DNA of 64,000 nucleotides from the human T2T-CHM13v2.0 reference genome, Homo sapiens: the NCBI RefSeq assembly GCF_009914755.1, contig NC_060930.1, one strand, 5' to 3'. Made by a program: the position numbers and the translations under genes. Shown here piece after piece: positions 1-16,712 of the stretch; the stretch's first letter is position 1, and each line of letters begins with the position of its first letter. Below the pieces are notes generated by a model. That model made no database searches. It was given only the letters and a program-made list of their open reading frames with translations, and had not been told where the DNA came from.

Positions 1-329
1 TCATTCATCATTCATTCATTCATCCCATAAGAGTTATATGCCTATTTACCAGTAAGGCATCATAGTTGTCTATGTATGGGTGGCTATACCTTCAGGGAGG
101 AAAAGGTATAGCGAATATGGTAGTGAATAAATATCCCTGGGTGTAGGGTTCAATTGTGAAAGTAAAGCATTACATAAACAAATGCAACCATTATTAATTA
201 GTTACCTTCTGTTAGCTAGCTTGGATTTTATTTGGCAGATAATGGGGTTTGTATGATTTGTGCCATGTCACTTCTCTGTGACATCACTGGCAACAGACAG
301 TTGTGTGTCTTTTCATTCCTCCCTTCTTA

Positions 330-530
330 CATTCATAAACACATGTATTTGTTTACTTTAACAAAATGGGATCATAGTATACTGTGCTTTAGAGTATTCT
401 GTCACTTGCCTTTTCCCCCTCCACATGTCCATACGCTATAATCATCCTTCCAAGCCAAAACATCTCAATCTTTGTTGTTGTTATGAATGGCAGCATTCAT
501 ATTTGATGAAACCAGAATTGATATGTCATC
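330..530 (-). mobile_element. Old L1ME-type 3' fragment
   Basis: acaaaatgggatcatagtatactg...cacttgcctttt resembles the antisense L1ME 3' end; highly diverged. Confidence 0.4.
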
Positions 531-575
531 ATATCTTCAAGGAGTTTCCTTTTATTTAAATTAATTATTAATAAC

Positions 576-784
576 TTTATTAGAGACAAGCTCTTGCTCT
601 GTTGCTCAGGCTGGAGTGCAGTGGCACGATCATAACTCACTGTAACTTTGAACTCCTGGGCTCAAGTGATTCTCCCGTCTCAGCCTCCCAAAGTGTTGGG
701 ATTACAGGTGAGAGCCACCAAGCCTGGCCAATTTCTAAAAAAAAAAATTTGTAGAGATCAATTCTCGCTATGTTGCCCAAGCTG
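576..784 (-). mobile_element. AluJ-like, 5'-truncated
   Basis: agacaagctcttgctctgttgctcaggctggagtgcagtgg...gaactcctgggctcaag (J-type); ends early in left arm. Confidence 0.85.
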
Positions 785-927
785 AGAGTTTCTGTTTTAA
801 AAATGCAGCAAAACTGATCAGTTCTCATAATTGAATTGAAGCTAGATAAGGCATTTAGTATTCGATTTATTTATTTAAAGAATTCCACCATCCTTTAAGG
901 GGTCTTGTGTGTACAAATTTGATATGA

Positions 928-1258
<331 letters not shown>

Positions 1259-1752
1259 AACATTTTTCAAATAGAAAATCTGAAGCTAAAATCACCCCTA
1301 AAGGACAAATAACAGGACTACAAACAGCGATAAGACAAGGAATTCTATGGGCAACACTTAAGTCTACTGCAGCTTGGGCTGGATATTCTCCTTAAGGAGG
1401 AACCTGTCTTTGATTGTTCCATTGCCCTTCAACTCTGAGCCTATTCAATCATTGCAGAGCTTTTGCTCAGTAGCCACTCTCTGTATTCACAGAGGGGCCA
1501 CCTGCCTCCCTACCCGGCATCTCGGAGCACCTTGCGTGTGCTTGGGTGTCCTGGAGAGCTGAGGAAGCCTGCTCACTAGGGCATCTTCTGCTCTTGCTGT
1601 TTTATTGTGAGCAGAAGGGAGCCATTCTTCTGTAAGGTTGGGTGTACGATGTGGTCCTGTTTTCAGGGAATATTCAGTCCTTGCCTTCTTCTGCCATTTG
1701 ATAGAAGACTTTGGTGTTTTGGTCTGCCGTAATATATTTATACTAATTTGTA

Positions 1753-2106
<354 letters not shown>

Positions 2107-3254
2107 CTATGTGGATCAAAAATTTCAAATTTGTCTGTTCAAGTCTATGTAAACATCATTATGTAAAAGTAATCTGAAAATAGTTTTTCATGCAACAAGA
2201 ATAATGTATATTTTCAGTCTCAAAGTTGAAATGAATGAGAAATGTCAAAACAAAATGAATTGATTGGGAAATCAAATCTAAGCACTGACAAATATGAAAA
2301 GTGTATTATCTAATTAGTAGTTTATGAAAGTGAGGCACTTTTATAATCAAAGAAATAAAACCTTCCAGAGAGATACAGAATTACTCTGACCTGAATTATT
2401 TTAATGGGAAAGAGTTGTTTTTGTTTAAAAATTTCAGGTGAAGTTTGATAATTTTATCTTAAGTCCACTTGGCTTCATTTTGTTGGGCAGCATTGGACAG
2501 GACAGTGCAGCCTTATACAGATGACTCTCAGTTCTTTAAAAAAAAATTAAAATGGGTCCATGAGAAAATAAAAATTTAATGTATCTTAAGTAGAGGATCT
2601 TGAGAAAGCTAAAAACTGCTTACCTAAACTGAGACATTACCACGGATTTGTAGCTAAGTCATTTAGAATAGACTTTATTTGTAAATGTAAAATGATACTG
2701 GCACCAAGATATGGTTGTGAAATAGGAAGTCTCCAGAAAATAATGAAAAATTATAAACCGTGCCCATAGACAATAGTCAGCAAAAACAGATTGTGGAAAG
2801 ACAGGAAGACAGAGCTTATCCTAGTCATGGTACTGAGTGGAGAAAATCTCAGAATTGTGTGCACTCAAAAACTGTGCAGCCCTGTTGAAAACATTTCTTG
2901 TAATATTATCTTATAATAGTTACATCTACCTGCACACTGTCTCAAAATAACTTTAGTGTCACAATAATTTTGGTTGAGCTCAACAACGTTCTTTTATCTT
3001 TCTAAGCCATATTCATTTCTCAGGGATGATTACAGAATTGGTTAATTTGAAAGAGTTGTAGCATAAATATTGTGACTCATGAAATGTTTTTAGTACTTGT
3101 TTTAGACTTTCATTTCCTTTGGTCATGCTCTTGTGGGAGATTTAAGCAGTAATAGCATTTTCATTTTTCTTTCCTGCATTCCTTACCCATGAGAAGGTAA
3201 TCTTTAATACACTGTTTTTACTTAGTAAGTTCTGGTGTTTTAAAGAAATGGGTT

Positions 3255-3310
3255 TTTTATTCAATCATAATTTATTGAACACCTACTAAGTGCCCAGCAC
3301 AGAATCAGAT
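3255..3310 (-). mobile_element. L2 3'-end fragment
   Basis: tttattgaacacctactaagtgcccagcac is the reverse complement of the L2 terminus. Confidence 0.6.
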
Positions 3311-5179
3311 GTTAATCTAACATAATTTTCCTTTTTTCAAATGGTCTTATTTGATTTTTTAAAAAATGGATATTAATGTACACTAGAATGGAGATTTTTG
3401 TTTACCAGTTATTTGTTGCTATATAAATGTGGGTTAAATTAGTTTTTCTTCCTTATACCACCAACCTTTCAGACTTTTAAAGGAATTACTGTAGAATTAA
3501 AATTAATAGATTCCTCAGTACTGGCCAAACTCATGGATTTGTGGCACTTCAGAATAATATTGGCTTTTAATGAACAGAATAGATTTGCATGGAAATGCCA
3601 GTTTCAGGGATAGAATTAGAGTTGGGATTTATTTTTTCCCTGAAGATCTGCTTCGAAAATTTGCCCCAGGTGATCTCTGTCCTTGTCCTAGGGTCACTCC
3701 AGAATTACCACTTTTTTCTGCTTGCGATTCATAAAGGTAAGAAGGACAAACTTAGTCTGTTTTGTAGTGGAATTGTTATTTTTTTTTAACCTTATCTTTT
3801 ATTTTCCATGTAAAATTGCTTTTCCCTCTTTAACTACCTCGCATAGACAGGGCAGGTAGAGTGAATGTCAGATGAATTAAGGTAGCACTGAACTCCTTAT
3901 TTAGCCTGTCAATAGCTGCATGATTGTTTTTGCATGAAATCCCAAGTTCGTATTAGCTGCTCAACTTTCAAACTTTAATGGGGAAGTCAGTCTTTATTCT
4001 TCAGTAGTGTATGATCCGTGAATTAAGTTTGTATTATGCCTTCTGTCCCAAAATTTCCTCTCTCTTAGCTTCTCCCTAGCCCCAGAGATCAGTTTCTCTG
4101 CATGTGTCAAACTTCCTTTTCTCTCCTCATATTTCATTCTTCCAGGATCTGTAATGTGTCCAAGTTCTCATAGCTCACTTAAAAATGGATGGAGTCCAGA
4201 GGGATCAGTGCCGACTTTTCATTAATCTATTAGAGCTTCACATTTACTGGCTTGCGCCAAGAGATGTGGGAGAGGAGGAAAATGAGTAAGATCTCACCTC
4301 CTGGAAAGGAGGGTGCCACTGCTTTTTCAGTGGTAGAGTTGCTCCCTTAAAGCAGACTCTCTCCCAGCTGAATTCTGAGCTGAGTGTTACAGAGATAAGT
4401 CAGCTTGAATCTGGAGGAGTGAGAGAGTTTGGCTAGGGCCCTGTGACAGCTTTGTGGTCAGGAAAGAATATGTAAATTCACTGAATTCCCAGGCATTTCA
4501 GCCCTAGAGGAGAAGGATTAGGGGAATCCAAGAGTCCTGACCTTACTGTGAGACTGAATTATAACTAGAGCCCTTTTTAACTAACACAGCTTGAGTTTCA
4601 TATTTGAAATAACGCTTAAATCAAAATAGTCTCCACTCTTCCCATATACTGATGGGAAATTTATTAAATGTTAAAGTCTAATCTGAAATCAAATATAGCT
4701 TTAAATAAAACTATGCAACATCATTTAGTAGTGTTTATAACTTGAGTGATGACTGTCTGGGCTCAATAACCCAGATAGGAGAAGGAATTCCATGGCCCTC
4801 CTTCCCAATCCAGACCTGTCTGGAAGCATTTATTTGTACTAAGTTTTCCAGTCTGAAAGTCTGTGTCATTGTTTAGACTCTGTGTGAATAAACAGACAGA
4901 GCAATAAACTTCCTCTTCAGGTGAGGTTTATATCTTTTAAACTAGACTGTGGCCTCTAAGCCATGGCTTTCCTGTAGAGAGGCTGCATAATTCAGTTCTG
5001 CAGATGTTTTGGTGAGGCTTTACCATGTGCCCAACCTGCACTGTGTTCTTTTAGGCATAATGATAATTGCAAAGAAACATGGCTCCTAATGAAGTTGTAG
5101 TCATTTTTGGGAAAAGTGAGTCTGACACACATTAATTAAGATACCTACTTCAGAAAATCTTAAAATATGTATCATCGAG

Positions 5180-5474
5180 GGCTGGGCGCGGTGGCTCACG
5201 CCTATAATCCCAGCACTTTGGGAGGCCGAGACGGGCAGATCAGGAGGTCAGGAGATCGAGACCATCCTGGCTAACACGGTGAAACCCAGTCTCTACTAAA
5301 AATACAAAAAAAAATTAGCCAGGCGTGGTGGTGGGTGCCTGTAGTCCCAGCTACTCAGGAGGCTGAAGCAGGAGAATGGCGTGAACCCGGGAGGCGGAGC
5401 TTGCAGTGAGCCAGGATCACACCACTGCACTACAGCCTGGGCGACAGAGCGAGACTCTGTCTCAAAAAAAAAAA

Positions 5475-5478
<4 letters not shown>
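5180..5478 (+). mobile_element. AluY
   Basis: Y diagnostics gagatcgagaccatcctggctaacacggtg and gaatggcgtgaacccgggaggcggagcttgc. Confidence 0.95.

Positions 5479-5538
<60 letters not shown>
5479..5538. repeat. (TA)n(CA)n compound microsatellite in Alu tail
   Basis: Seen directly. Confidence 0.95.
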
Positions 5539-5542
<4 letters not shown>

Positions 5543-8520
5543 AAATGTCATCAGTTCAAGCAGATATGCGCTTTGTAGTCAGGAAGAGGAAAAATGAGTG
5601 TTGGCTTTAGTTTTGGGGGGAAGTTTGCTGAAATAAATTGGATTTAAGATGATCTGTGCAGAATGTGTTCACTTTTGGGTGCCAGATTTTAATAAAGTTA
5701 TCATGGAGCTTCCTATTTGGGTATCAGGCATGACTTAACATCTAAACATCAATCCCTACAACCGTAGGCTAGGGCTCAGACCTAGAGTCCTCAATCTGGT
5801 CCGGCCTGCCTAAAACCCTTGTTTATTTCCCCAATATGCTGTACAAATGGTATTATTTACTCTGGGTGCATGACATGAATAATAGTTAAGTAGCACTGAA
5901 TTAGAGGTATTTCTTTGGAAGGCAAAGGGTCTAGAAACCAGGTCTCTTGAGGAATAGTTGAAGGGCCTTGGCATATGAGCTTAGAGCCGAAAAGATTAAG
6001 GACAAACAAAATAGTTATTTTCAAACATTGCAAAGACATTTTGTTACAGAACAAGTTTATTTGTTCTACATCAATTTAAGATGCAGCATGGGGCCTGTTG
6101 GGTAGATGTACAAGTGAGCACACAAGAATCCAGCTCAAATAAGAGGTTTCTCACGATTAAAATGCTCGACAGAGCACTGTTTTTCAGAGCAGTGCCTTCT
6201 TCATTTCTAAAAGTGTTAAAGAGAAATTGGATGTCCTTGCAGCCGGCTATGTGGCTAGGGTGGCTGGGATGCACTAAGTACGTGTTTAGGGATCCCAGGC
6301 AAGTAGAAATTATGGAGGCTTTTTAGAAAAAGACAACTATAGCATGAACAGACACACCAGGGGAACAATGAGAACAGGAAATGTTCGTGTGCCAGGAATG
6401 TGTGGAGGAAATGACACGAGCATGAGATTGGTGATCAAGAACTTTAAATATTCTGATAGGCAGTGGGGAACCGTCTTGCTTCCAGTCCTGGGGAAGGATA
6501 TCACAAAACCAATGTCTGAGGAAGCTTTGCTTTCTGTCTTGTGCCAGAGGAATGTTAGGAGAGAGGGAAAGAGATATATTCCATGCAGGGAGATCACTTT
6601 GGGAGCTTTCCCCAATTATACTCTTTCTTAACTGTGCTATGGGTGGGTGGAGAGGGGAGTAATGGAAACAGAGACGGAACATAATCAGAATTTAATGGAA
6701 GAGCTAATATGGGTTTCCTTGAAAATTGTCCTGAAATAGAACTCTCCAAATTATTAATTGAAAGTGATGTGGTCAGTTTGTTAGATCAGCAGACCACAAT
6801 CAGATATCTGCATCTTGGTGCACCACTCAAGCTGACCAGTGACCTGAGACAAGTCATTAAAATTCCTTATATTCTAATTCCCTAGCAGTATTATCCCAGC
6901 ATGAGAGAATGTTTGCAAAACATTCTGAGTCTTGGATGAAAGGTACCTTATTATAATAATATTATACTATAATTATTCTTGTTATTGGGGTTATTGTTCT
7001 CAACATTGATGCAATTTAATACTTCCTACCTTAGGGATATTTTTGTCTTACAGCAGAATTGTGAAAGTGGCTTTCCTGGGAGATATTCTTTGAAAGACTG
7101 GGAAATCTTTCAAATATTTGTTTTAATAATAGCTCATTGAGGAAATGTGAAAACTATGTAATATTAAGGATTATCACTCCTATTTTCTTCTCAATCTAAT
7201 ATCTAGGATATGTTGAAAATACTTTTGTTTCATCTCCTTACAGGGAGCTAGAATGGTTTAGATTGGTGCTTTCCTGGGGTACTGATTTTTTTTTTCCTGT
7301 GGAATTCTCTGAACAGGGCTTTCCTCAAAAGAATACATTAAGACTGTCAGAATGATTCTTTTCAGCAGATTAAGCCTTGCAGATGCCCTTTGTTGAAGGA
7401 AAAAATGCATTATTCTGAAAGTCCTTCTGATCTTCAGGAAAACTGAAAATATCAAATATTCTCCTACCATTTGAACTTCCCTACAAGAAAACCCCAGATA
7501 TTTTTATTTTCTGGTCTACAATAATTCAGAGCTTATTGTATTTTAAGATGAGGATATAGACATGTTTTGAAGAAAAATTAACTTTTTACATATTCATTTA
7601 CTGAAAGGAAGACACCCTTCCCCCCACCCTGGAAAGACAGAAATCATAGTGCTTCGTTTTTATTTTTTTGTTTCCTATTTCTTGCACCTGGACATTTTCC
7701 TGGATGAAGTGATGTGTACGGCATAATTATCCTGGGACATAATTGCTTCATGTGTGTCAGCAAGACATGGTTCAGATATTTATTGAGCTCTGGTTGTCTG
7801 TGTCCTAAATAAGACCGTGCTATTTCAGGGTTGCAAAAACAACTCCAATGCATTGGAAAAAGCAGAAAGGAGGACATTCCTCAAAAAGAGTTGGTTTCAT
7901 GGTTTAGAAATCCATTTATTGCTTGCACCGACAGACTGTGCTTGAGTGTGCGAAGGCTCACTTTGATTTATAGGGGCTTATAAAATGCTCTGCTCTTTGT
8001 ACCCAAAGCCACAGACCTGCTGTGAATAGGGCACGGGCCCTGAGTTTTTCTGGTGGTCAAATTTATAAAACCAAACAATAATCTCTTTGGGAAGCTCCTC
8101 AAAGGCGAGCCTGAGTCTGTTAACTTCAGTCTGTACAATGTCTAGCATAGGGCCACATGTTGACGAGCCCTCATAAATGTCCTTGTTGCTGTTGATGAAT
8201 GAAGGATTGAAACTGGGAATAGCATGTAGGGCACAGGCGTTTGTTTTCCATGACAGATAGGAAGAGAGCTTGTACATGGGGAGGGGATAGATGGGGGGGT
8301 CAAGGACATATTTTGGGGGATGCTACTGTATTCTTTAAGAAAAAGGAAAAATGGCTCAAATTATCTTTCAGTAGTGTCATGGCCCTCTGCTAGGAAACTG
8401 GTTTATGATTTGAAGGTGTCTGAGACGTTCACTCTGATTACAGTGCAAAGGGTCATTTGCACTCTATGATGCAATGATGGCGGAATTCTGTCTCAACTTT
8501 GCTGTCGGCCACTCTGACTA

Positions 8521-9148
<628 letters not shown>

Positions 9149-9322
9149 ACTCTGACTAATCTTTTATTTCAGTCCCTTCCCCTTCCCTTTCTCCCTCATT
9201 CCCCACTTCCTTTCCTCCCACTTTTCCTTTCTTCCTTCCTCAACTACTTGTTTAAAACCTGTTTCTCTTCTAGGCTATAAAGATCCCGTTTCCTTCCCAT
9301 AGCTGAAGACCATTTAGGGAAG

Positions 9323-9440
9323 GTGGAAGTACATGCCTATAATCCCAACTACTTAGGAGACAGAGGCAGAAGGATCACTTGAGCCCGGGAATTTTAGTCC
9401 AGCCTGGGCACCATAGCAAGCCTCCATCTCAAAAAAAGAA
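9323..9440 (+). mobile_element. FLAM/FAM-type Alu monomer
   Basis: Single monomer ...gatcacttgagcccgggaattttagtccagcctgggca...catctcaaaa. Confidence 0.8.
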
Positions 9441-9932
9441 AGCGTTTTCATATATGAGTAAAGCTGAGGCTTGCTTATGTCCAGAGGGGGAAAGGTTACA
9501 CATTTTCAAATATACCTGTTGCATTTTCTTACACAGAAAGTGGGATAGCAAATAAATAGAACATCTTGTCTGTAGGATGAATGTAACCTTAAGAAGTATT
9601 GCAGTGTGTTATTATTGCTTAAAATGTATTTATTTAAGACCTCTTTGTTGAGAAAATTTCTCAGTTTGGGTGAAAAGATAGAGAATGGAACCAGTATGCA
9701 GTAGTTATATTGTTGAGGGAGTCTTGAAGTGGCAAAGAAAATGAAGTATTTCTTTCAAATAGTATTTTGCAACCGAACTGAAATTCCACTCTGCACAAAT
9801 GTGCCTGCGAAAAGTTACAGTAATTTAGGATTGAAAAACCTGTATGTTGCTAAATTCATAGTTAACCTAATTTTAGTTTTTGCAGAAAAGACGATTTATA
9901 GTATGAAGAAATGATAATACTTTTTTAGGAGT

Positions 9933-10362
<430 letters not shown>

Positions 10363-10933
10363 AAAAAAGATTTTTCATGCGAAAATTATGTGATTTTTGG
10401 TTACCTTTGTTGTAAAAACATTTTTTCCTTTTTATTTGCTTCCTAGAGCTCTATTCAGTGAGAAGGTTTTATTCTGTGTATTAATCAGCACACACTTCCC
10501 ATGCACATCTTCTCCTAAAGTGAAGGCCTCCAACCTGAATTTCATCCCTGTCTCCAATCTAATCTTTATCAGGGTGATTTTGACTTCGTCCTACCCTCTG
10601 GATGGCAGTGGGGCCACAGGTGGTAACTGTCACTCTTTGAAGCTTCCTCATGTCCATAGGCCTCGGTCCCGGGTCCATTTGTTCTCAGCAGCGGGTTGTG
10701 CCCTTTGCATCTGAGCTTGTTCAGTGTCCATAGTCCATGGTGTCCCTCCTCAGGTCTGGCTTTGCTTTGTGGTTCACATGGCTCACAATCCGGCTTGCCC
10801 AGGATACTGCCACTGTACCCCTGCTGCTCCACCATAGTTATTCAGAACACCACTTTCCTTCTCTAGTTTCGTTCCTGAGTTATTTCAGGTATTAGTGCAG
10901 AGAGGGGCCAGGTTCAGCTTGGGTGTTACTTTA

Positions 10934-11389
<456 letters not shown>

Positions 11390-11514
11390 TTGAGTGTTAC
11401 TTTAAATCTAATATTGTTGTATTGGGGTAGAGGTAGAGAAACCATTGCCTGTAGTAACTTAGTAACAATGGGTCTATATTAGTAGGGTTCTGATCTGGGA
11501 AGAGGATATCAATT

Positions 11515-11792
11515 ATTTACTTAATAGATAATCATTTACCACCTATTTTGTGTCAGATACAGTTCCAGGTCCTGGGAATTATAGAAGTCAAGAAAACAGA
11601 GTCAGGGCCCTAAAGAAGCATGCATTTTGGCAAGAGACAGTGGCAATAATAATAATAAAAAAAGATATAATTTAATGTCGGGTAACAATAAATGCTGTAA
11701 AGAAAGCATAGCATGGAGATAGAGAAGTTGCTGCAAGAGCTGTTTTAGAGGGGGCGGCCAGGGACAACTTCTGAAGAAGGGACACTTGAACC
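11515..11792 (-). mobile_element. L2a fragment
   Basis: cacctattttgtgtcagatacagttccaggtcctggga...ctgaagaagggacacttgaa. Confidence 0.7.
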
Positions 11793-11796
11793 ATCG

Positions 11797-11836
11797 TCAC
11801 AGTCATCTAGATAGATCACAGTCATCTAGATAGATC
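11797..11836. repeat. 19-bp perfect tandem duplication
   Basis: tcacagtcatctagataga x2 plus tc. Confidence 0.95.
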
Positions 11837-12084
11837 TTGTGCAACGGGAAGGCCTCTTCGTATTCCCTCTAAGCTCATAGAGGATCGTGAAAAGTCTGTG
11901 GAATCTTACTGGGGATAGGACAGTAATTTACACAGTGCTATGGCGATTTGTTTTGTATGTATTATCTTCAGCTGCTGGGAACTTGCTTTCCATAGTCCAT
12001 CTCTAGCCATCTCCAGTCCCAACAATCCTACAGCCTACATTTGCTGTTTGGTATATTACCCAGATCACGTTTTCAGTCACTTTA

Positions 12085-12393
12085 TTTTTTTATGTATTTA
12101 TTTATTTTTTGAGATGGGGTTTTTCTCTTGTTGCCCAGGTTGGAGTGCAATGGCGCGGTCTTGGTTCACTGCAACCTCTGCCTTTGAGGTTCAAGCGACT
12201 CTCCTGCCTCAGCCTCCCAAGTAGCTGGGATTACAGGTGCCCGCCACCATGCCCGGTTAATTTTTGTATTTTTAGTAGAGATGGGGTTTCACCATATTGG
12301 GCAGGCTGGTCTCGAACTCATGACCTCAGGTGATCTCCCTGCCCCTGCCTCTCAAAATGCTGGGATTACAGGTGTGAGCCACCATGCCCAGCC
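12085..12393 (-). mobile_element. AluSq-like
   Basis: ctcttgttgcccagg diagnostic; TSD tttcagtcacttta. Confidence 0.95.
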
Positions 12394-13226
12394 GTTTCAG
12401 TCACTTTAAAAGTTCTAAGAGGTATGGAGAGAGAGGGGCATTTTAGAACATGGAGCCGCACAGCTATAGAATGTGTCCTGGCGCTGTTCCCTGTCCGTCA
12501 TGTGGCTCTGTAGGAAGAAGACATTCTGGGAAATTCTATGCTCCAGGTCCTAGCTTGGAGCCTCCCTCCCTCTGTGAGGTTTGCAACATTTCCTGAACCT
12601 TAGAGAGTAAAGGGAAATGTGCTCCTATATCCAGAACTTCCAAATGTAAGTGTTTGCCAAGTGCTTTGCAATCTGCCTTTCCATAATTTCTCTCATTATC
12701 TCTGTGATGGGATTTATCATGCTGTACTGCACTTTACTGAGTAAATGTAGGGACAGATGGAGGTGGCAGACTGGAGGAGAAGAGCAAGAGATGACATTGA
12801 GCTGGGAGCTCTTCACAGGAATGGTCCGTCTGTGGGCTTCCTGGGGGGTGAGGAGGGGGGACAAATATGTGATTGGCACATGGTATTGCCATTCAGTAAC
12901 ACCTGTGGCATGAATAAGCTACCTAGGGTGAAGGTGAGCTGCTGTTTCGAAGTTTTGAATACAATTATATTTTAAATTAATGAAGAGATCCTGGCACTGA
13001 GGAGGTTGAAATCCTTTTGCATGGTGGATTTTCTGGATCTGAATTTTATAAGGAATTTTTTTTTAAATAGCATTGAAAGATTTTTAGTAGATGAAGACAA
13101 CATGCGTAGTAAGGTGGCCATTATATGGTGAGTCAGTTCACTATGCCCTAGGATTTGAATTGCTGTTAAGTTTTGGATGTTGTAACTGACTGCTGGTTGG
13201 TCTGTTCCTATTTTTGCTGCTGTTGT

Positions 13227-13420
13227 TCATCCATCCAACCATGCATCTGTGCATCCATCTGTCCATTCATTCATCCATTCATCCATTTATCCATCCATCC
13301 ACCCACCCACCCATCCATCCATCCACCCACCCACCCACCCACCCATCCATCCATCCATCCATCCATCCATCCATCCATCCATCCATCCACCTCTCCACCC
13401 ATCAATCTGTCCACTCATTT
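13227..13420. repeat. (CCAT)n/(CCAC)n tetranucleotide repeat
   Basis: Seen directly; explains the HPSI-rich ORFs. Confidence 0.95.
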
Positions 13421-13424
13421 CTAT

Positions 13425-13500
13425 TACTTACTAGTAGTGTGATTATTTTCTTCATCTCACTTGGACTCAGTTTTCTTCATCTACAGAATGGTGAGTTTTG
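13425..13500 (+). mobile_element. MIR core fragment
   Basis: acttactagtagtgtga...ctcagttttcttcatctacagaatgg. Confidence 0.6.
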
Positions 13501-13839
13501 TCTAGGTTATTGAAAGGGTCCTGTTAATTCTAGAATCCTAAGATTCTTACCATTTGATTACAGTTTGTGCAAGACAATTGGAAAGAATACAAACATGAAT
13601 TAAACATGGGTTCTGCCCTCCAAAAGCACATTGTCTGGTAGGCGTGCTGACATAGAAACATGGCACAAATGTGAGTAGAGAATGACCAAGTACCAAACAC
13701 AGCTGCGGTTAATGTGTGCGATGGGAATTTCAAGAAATTCAAGAAATTTGGCTGCAGATGTTAAGGAAGGCTTCAGAAGGAAGGTGGCATTTATGTTTGA
13801 GTAGAGCAAACTGACATGTATTAACATCATCAGTTGATT

Positions 13840-13995
13840 AGCATCCTCATTTCATTTAATGTTCACAGTAGTGTATGGTCTTCACTTTACTATCCCCATT
13901 TAGCAGATGAAGAAACTGAGGCAGAAAAGGAGATTAAGTAACTGGCCCAAAGCCACCCAGCTGTATTGTGGCAGAGTTGTGATTAAGAGGATGTC
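13840..13995 (-). mobile_element. MIR
   Basis: tatccccatttagcagatgaagaaactgaggcaga...taagtaactggcccaaagccacccagct. Confidence 0.85.
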
Positions 13996-14040
13996 TGTCA
14001 ACCCCCTTTCATCCTTTTGTCTTAAAAAATCGAGTCAGTA

Positions 14041-14340
14041 GGCCGGGTGCGGTGGCTCACGCCTGTAATCCCAGCACTTTGGGAGGCCGAGGCAGGCGAA
14101 TCACCTGAGGTCCGGAGTTCGAGACCAGCCTGACCAACATGGTGAAACCCCGTCTCTACTAAAAATACAAAATTAGCCGGGTGTGCTGGCGCATGCCTGT
14201 AATCCCAGCTACTCCAGAGGCTGAGGCAGGAGAATGGCTTGAACCTGGGAGGCGGACGTGCTGTGAGCCGAGATCGTGCCATTGCACTCCAGCCTGGGCA
14301 ACAAGAGTGAAACTCCGTCTCAAAAAAAAAAAAAAAAAAA
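14041..14340 (+). mobile_element. AluSp
   Basis: ctgaccaacatgg, caacaagagtgaaactcc; TSD aaaatcgagtcagta. Confidence 0.95.
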
Positions 14341-14407
14341 ATCGAGTCAGTAGAGAGATGAGGATTGCAGGATTCCTCCCTTTCCCTCCCCTCCACTCCC
14401 CTCCGCT

Positions 14408-14960
<553 letters not shown>

Positions 14961-16612
14961 TTTATGACTCTAAGACCTTCTTATGATTCCAACATCCTTT
15001 CATGCTCCTAAGCTCTTCCATGTGATGCTGAGGAAACTCCCCTCCCCTCCCCAGATGTCTCCTGCAGCCTCAGCCCTTGAGCATTTTCATCTCTGGGTTT
15101 CTGTGCTAAGGAACTCAGGGCCCTGGCTTCCCATCCTACCATTCTGAACATCAGCACCTTTAAAAAAAACCCCTCTCAATTCTTGGGATTCTGAGAAGAA
15201 AACTCCTTCATCTTCCCCTTTCTGCTCTTTCCTAGATTTTAACCTAACTTCAGCTATTTCAGAACGTTTTCTGTTCAATAAATGAATAATTAGATCTTCT
15301 TGGGCTTTGCCAGTGAAAAATATACCATAATATTTAGATTAAAACAGTGTAATGACTACACTAGCAAAATACACCCCGGTTACATGATGAATTCCTCCTT
15401 TTCATTTTTATTTGTGGTATCCTGGGGTGGCCTACTGGAGAAAAAAATACTATTTGATCCTCCCTGGGTGGTCAGACAGGACTTGTAAAGACTCCTGTTT
15501 GTTTTGTGTTGAGGTTTCAAAGGCACGCAGGCTTTTCTACATAAAGATGTTCTAAGAAAATACGGATTTTTTTTTGAAGTTGCTGTGTATAAAGGGAAAT
15601 TCAAAGCAACCGTCTTCCCTTACAACTACCAGCTAATGTGATTAGAGCGTCTCTTTTCACCAGGCATCTTTGTTGTTACCATCTCTGGTCATTACCACCA
15701 GTCTTGAGGGGAGATGTATGCTTACAAAAACCACCTCCACCTGGCTTTATTTTTGGCGCGATCACACAAACATGTGTTTTAATTTTAAAGATTATATTTA
15801 TTGTCACATTTAGATTTTTTTTAAAAAAACACTAAGAAATCTGAGTGTTGTGTGTGTGTGTGTGTGGTTCAGGATGCACTGGAGGTGTGTGCTGCCACAA
15901 CAAATTTCAGGCCACGTGTTCTGCAGATTCCAATTAGCAAGGCCCTCCTGCTGTGGTGTGGGAGAAAAGTTTGGAGTGGGGTTAGGGCTGGCTGAGTGTA
16001 GGAGGCTTTTTAATGCAATCTTTGCAGAACTCCCTCATTAGCACCTCGAGGTCAGTGGGAACTGGTATACAGAGCACAGTTGGCATTTTCTGCTATGCAT
16101 GGTGTGTGTCAGCCATTTTATTTATCCATGCTTATTTTCTCCGTTTCATAAAATTAATTGTACTTAATGGGGGAGGGGTTGATAATGCTGAATTATTTTA
16201 AGCCTGGAGGGAGCTCAGCAGCTGTGTCCTAGATCAGACCACCGATCTATCTAATAGGTTGTCTTGCTACCGGATCCACTGGACGAATGTGTTTCGCCAA
16301 TTAGACGAATCCCTATATGGAGAGAAAAATGACCTTGAGCCCCAGAAAGCCAGACAGTTGCTTCGTGCCATGTCTTCACCTACTGAAGCTGCTTCACCGC
16401 CTTGGCCTGATAGGAGTGTAGTATATATCTAACCTCTAGACAATTAAATTTCTCCTTTAAAAAAATAGCCACTCTTATGTGAAATAGTCAAATCTTTCAT
16501 GACTTGCCAAGATACTTGCTTTTGGAATCAGGTGCTTTCGGGTGTAGCCTCTAAAAATTTTAAAGGAGAGCAAATCTTCCAAGCTTCCTTCTTGTATCAA
16601 GGCATAACCTGC

Positions 16613-16712
16613 TGAGGTCCAGGCTGCAGTGATCCATGATCATGCCACTGCCCTCCAGCCTGGGTGACAGGCTGAGACCCTGTCGCAAAAAAAAAAAAAA
16701 AAAAAAAAAAAA
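16613..16712 (+). mobile_element. 5'-truncated AluJ 3' end
   Basis: gaggtccaggctgcagtgatccatgatcatgccactg...A26; degenerate TSD aag(g/a)cataacc. Confidence 0.85.

Noticed and set aside
4146-4285. Possible cryptic exon (strong pyrimidine tract + CAG at 4145, TGA|gtaaga donor)
   Set aside because: Weak donor context and no other support; such pairs are common in introns
13173-13513. HPSI/IHPS repeat ORFs
   Set aside because: Translation of the (CCAT)n microsatellite
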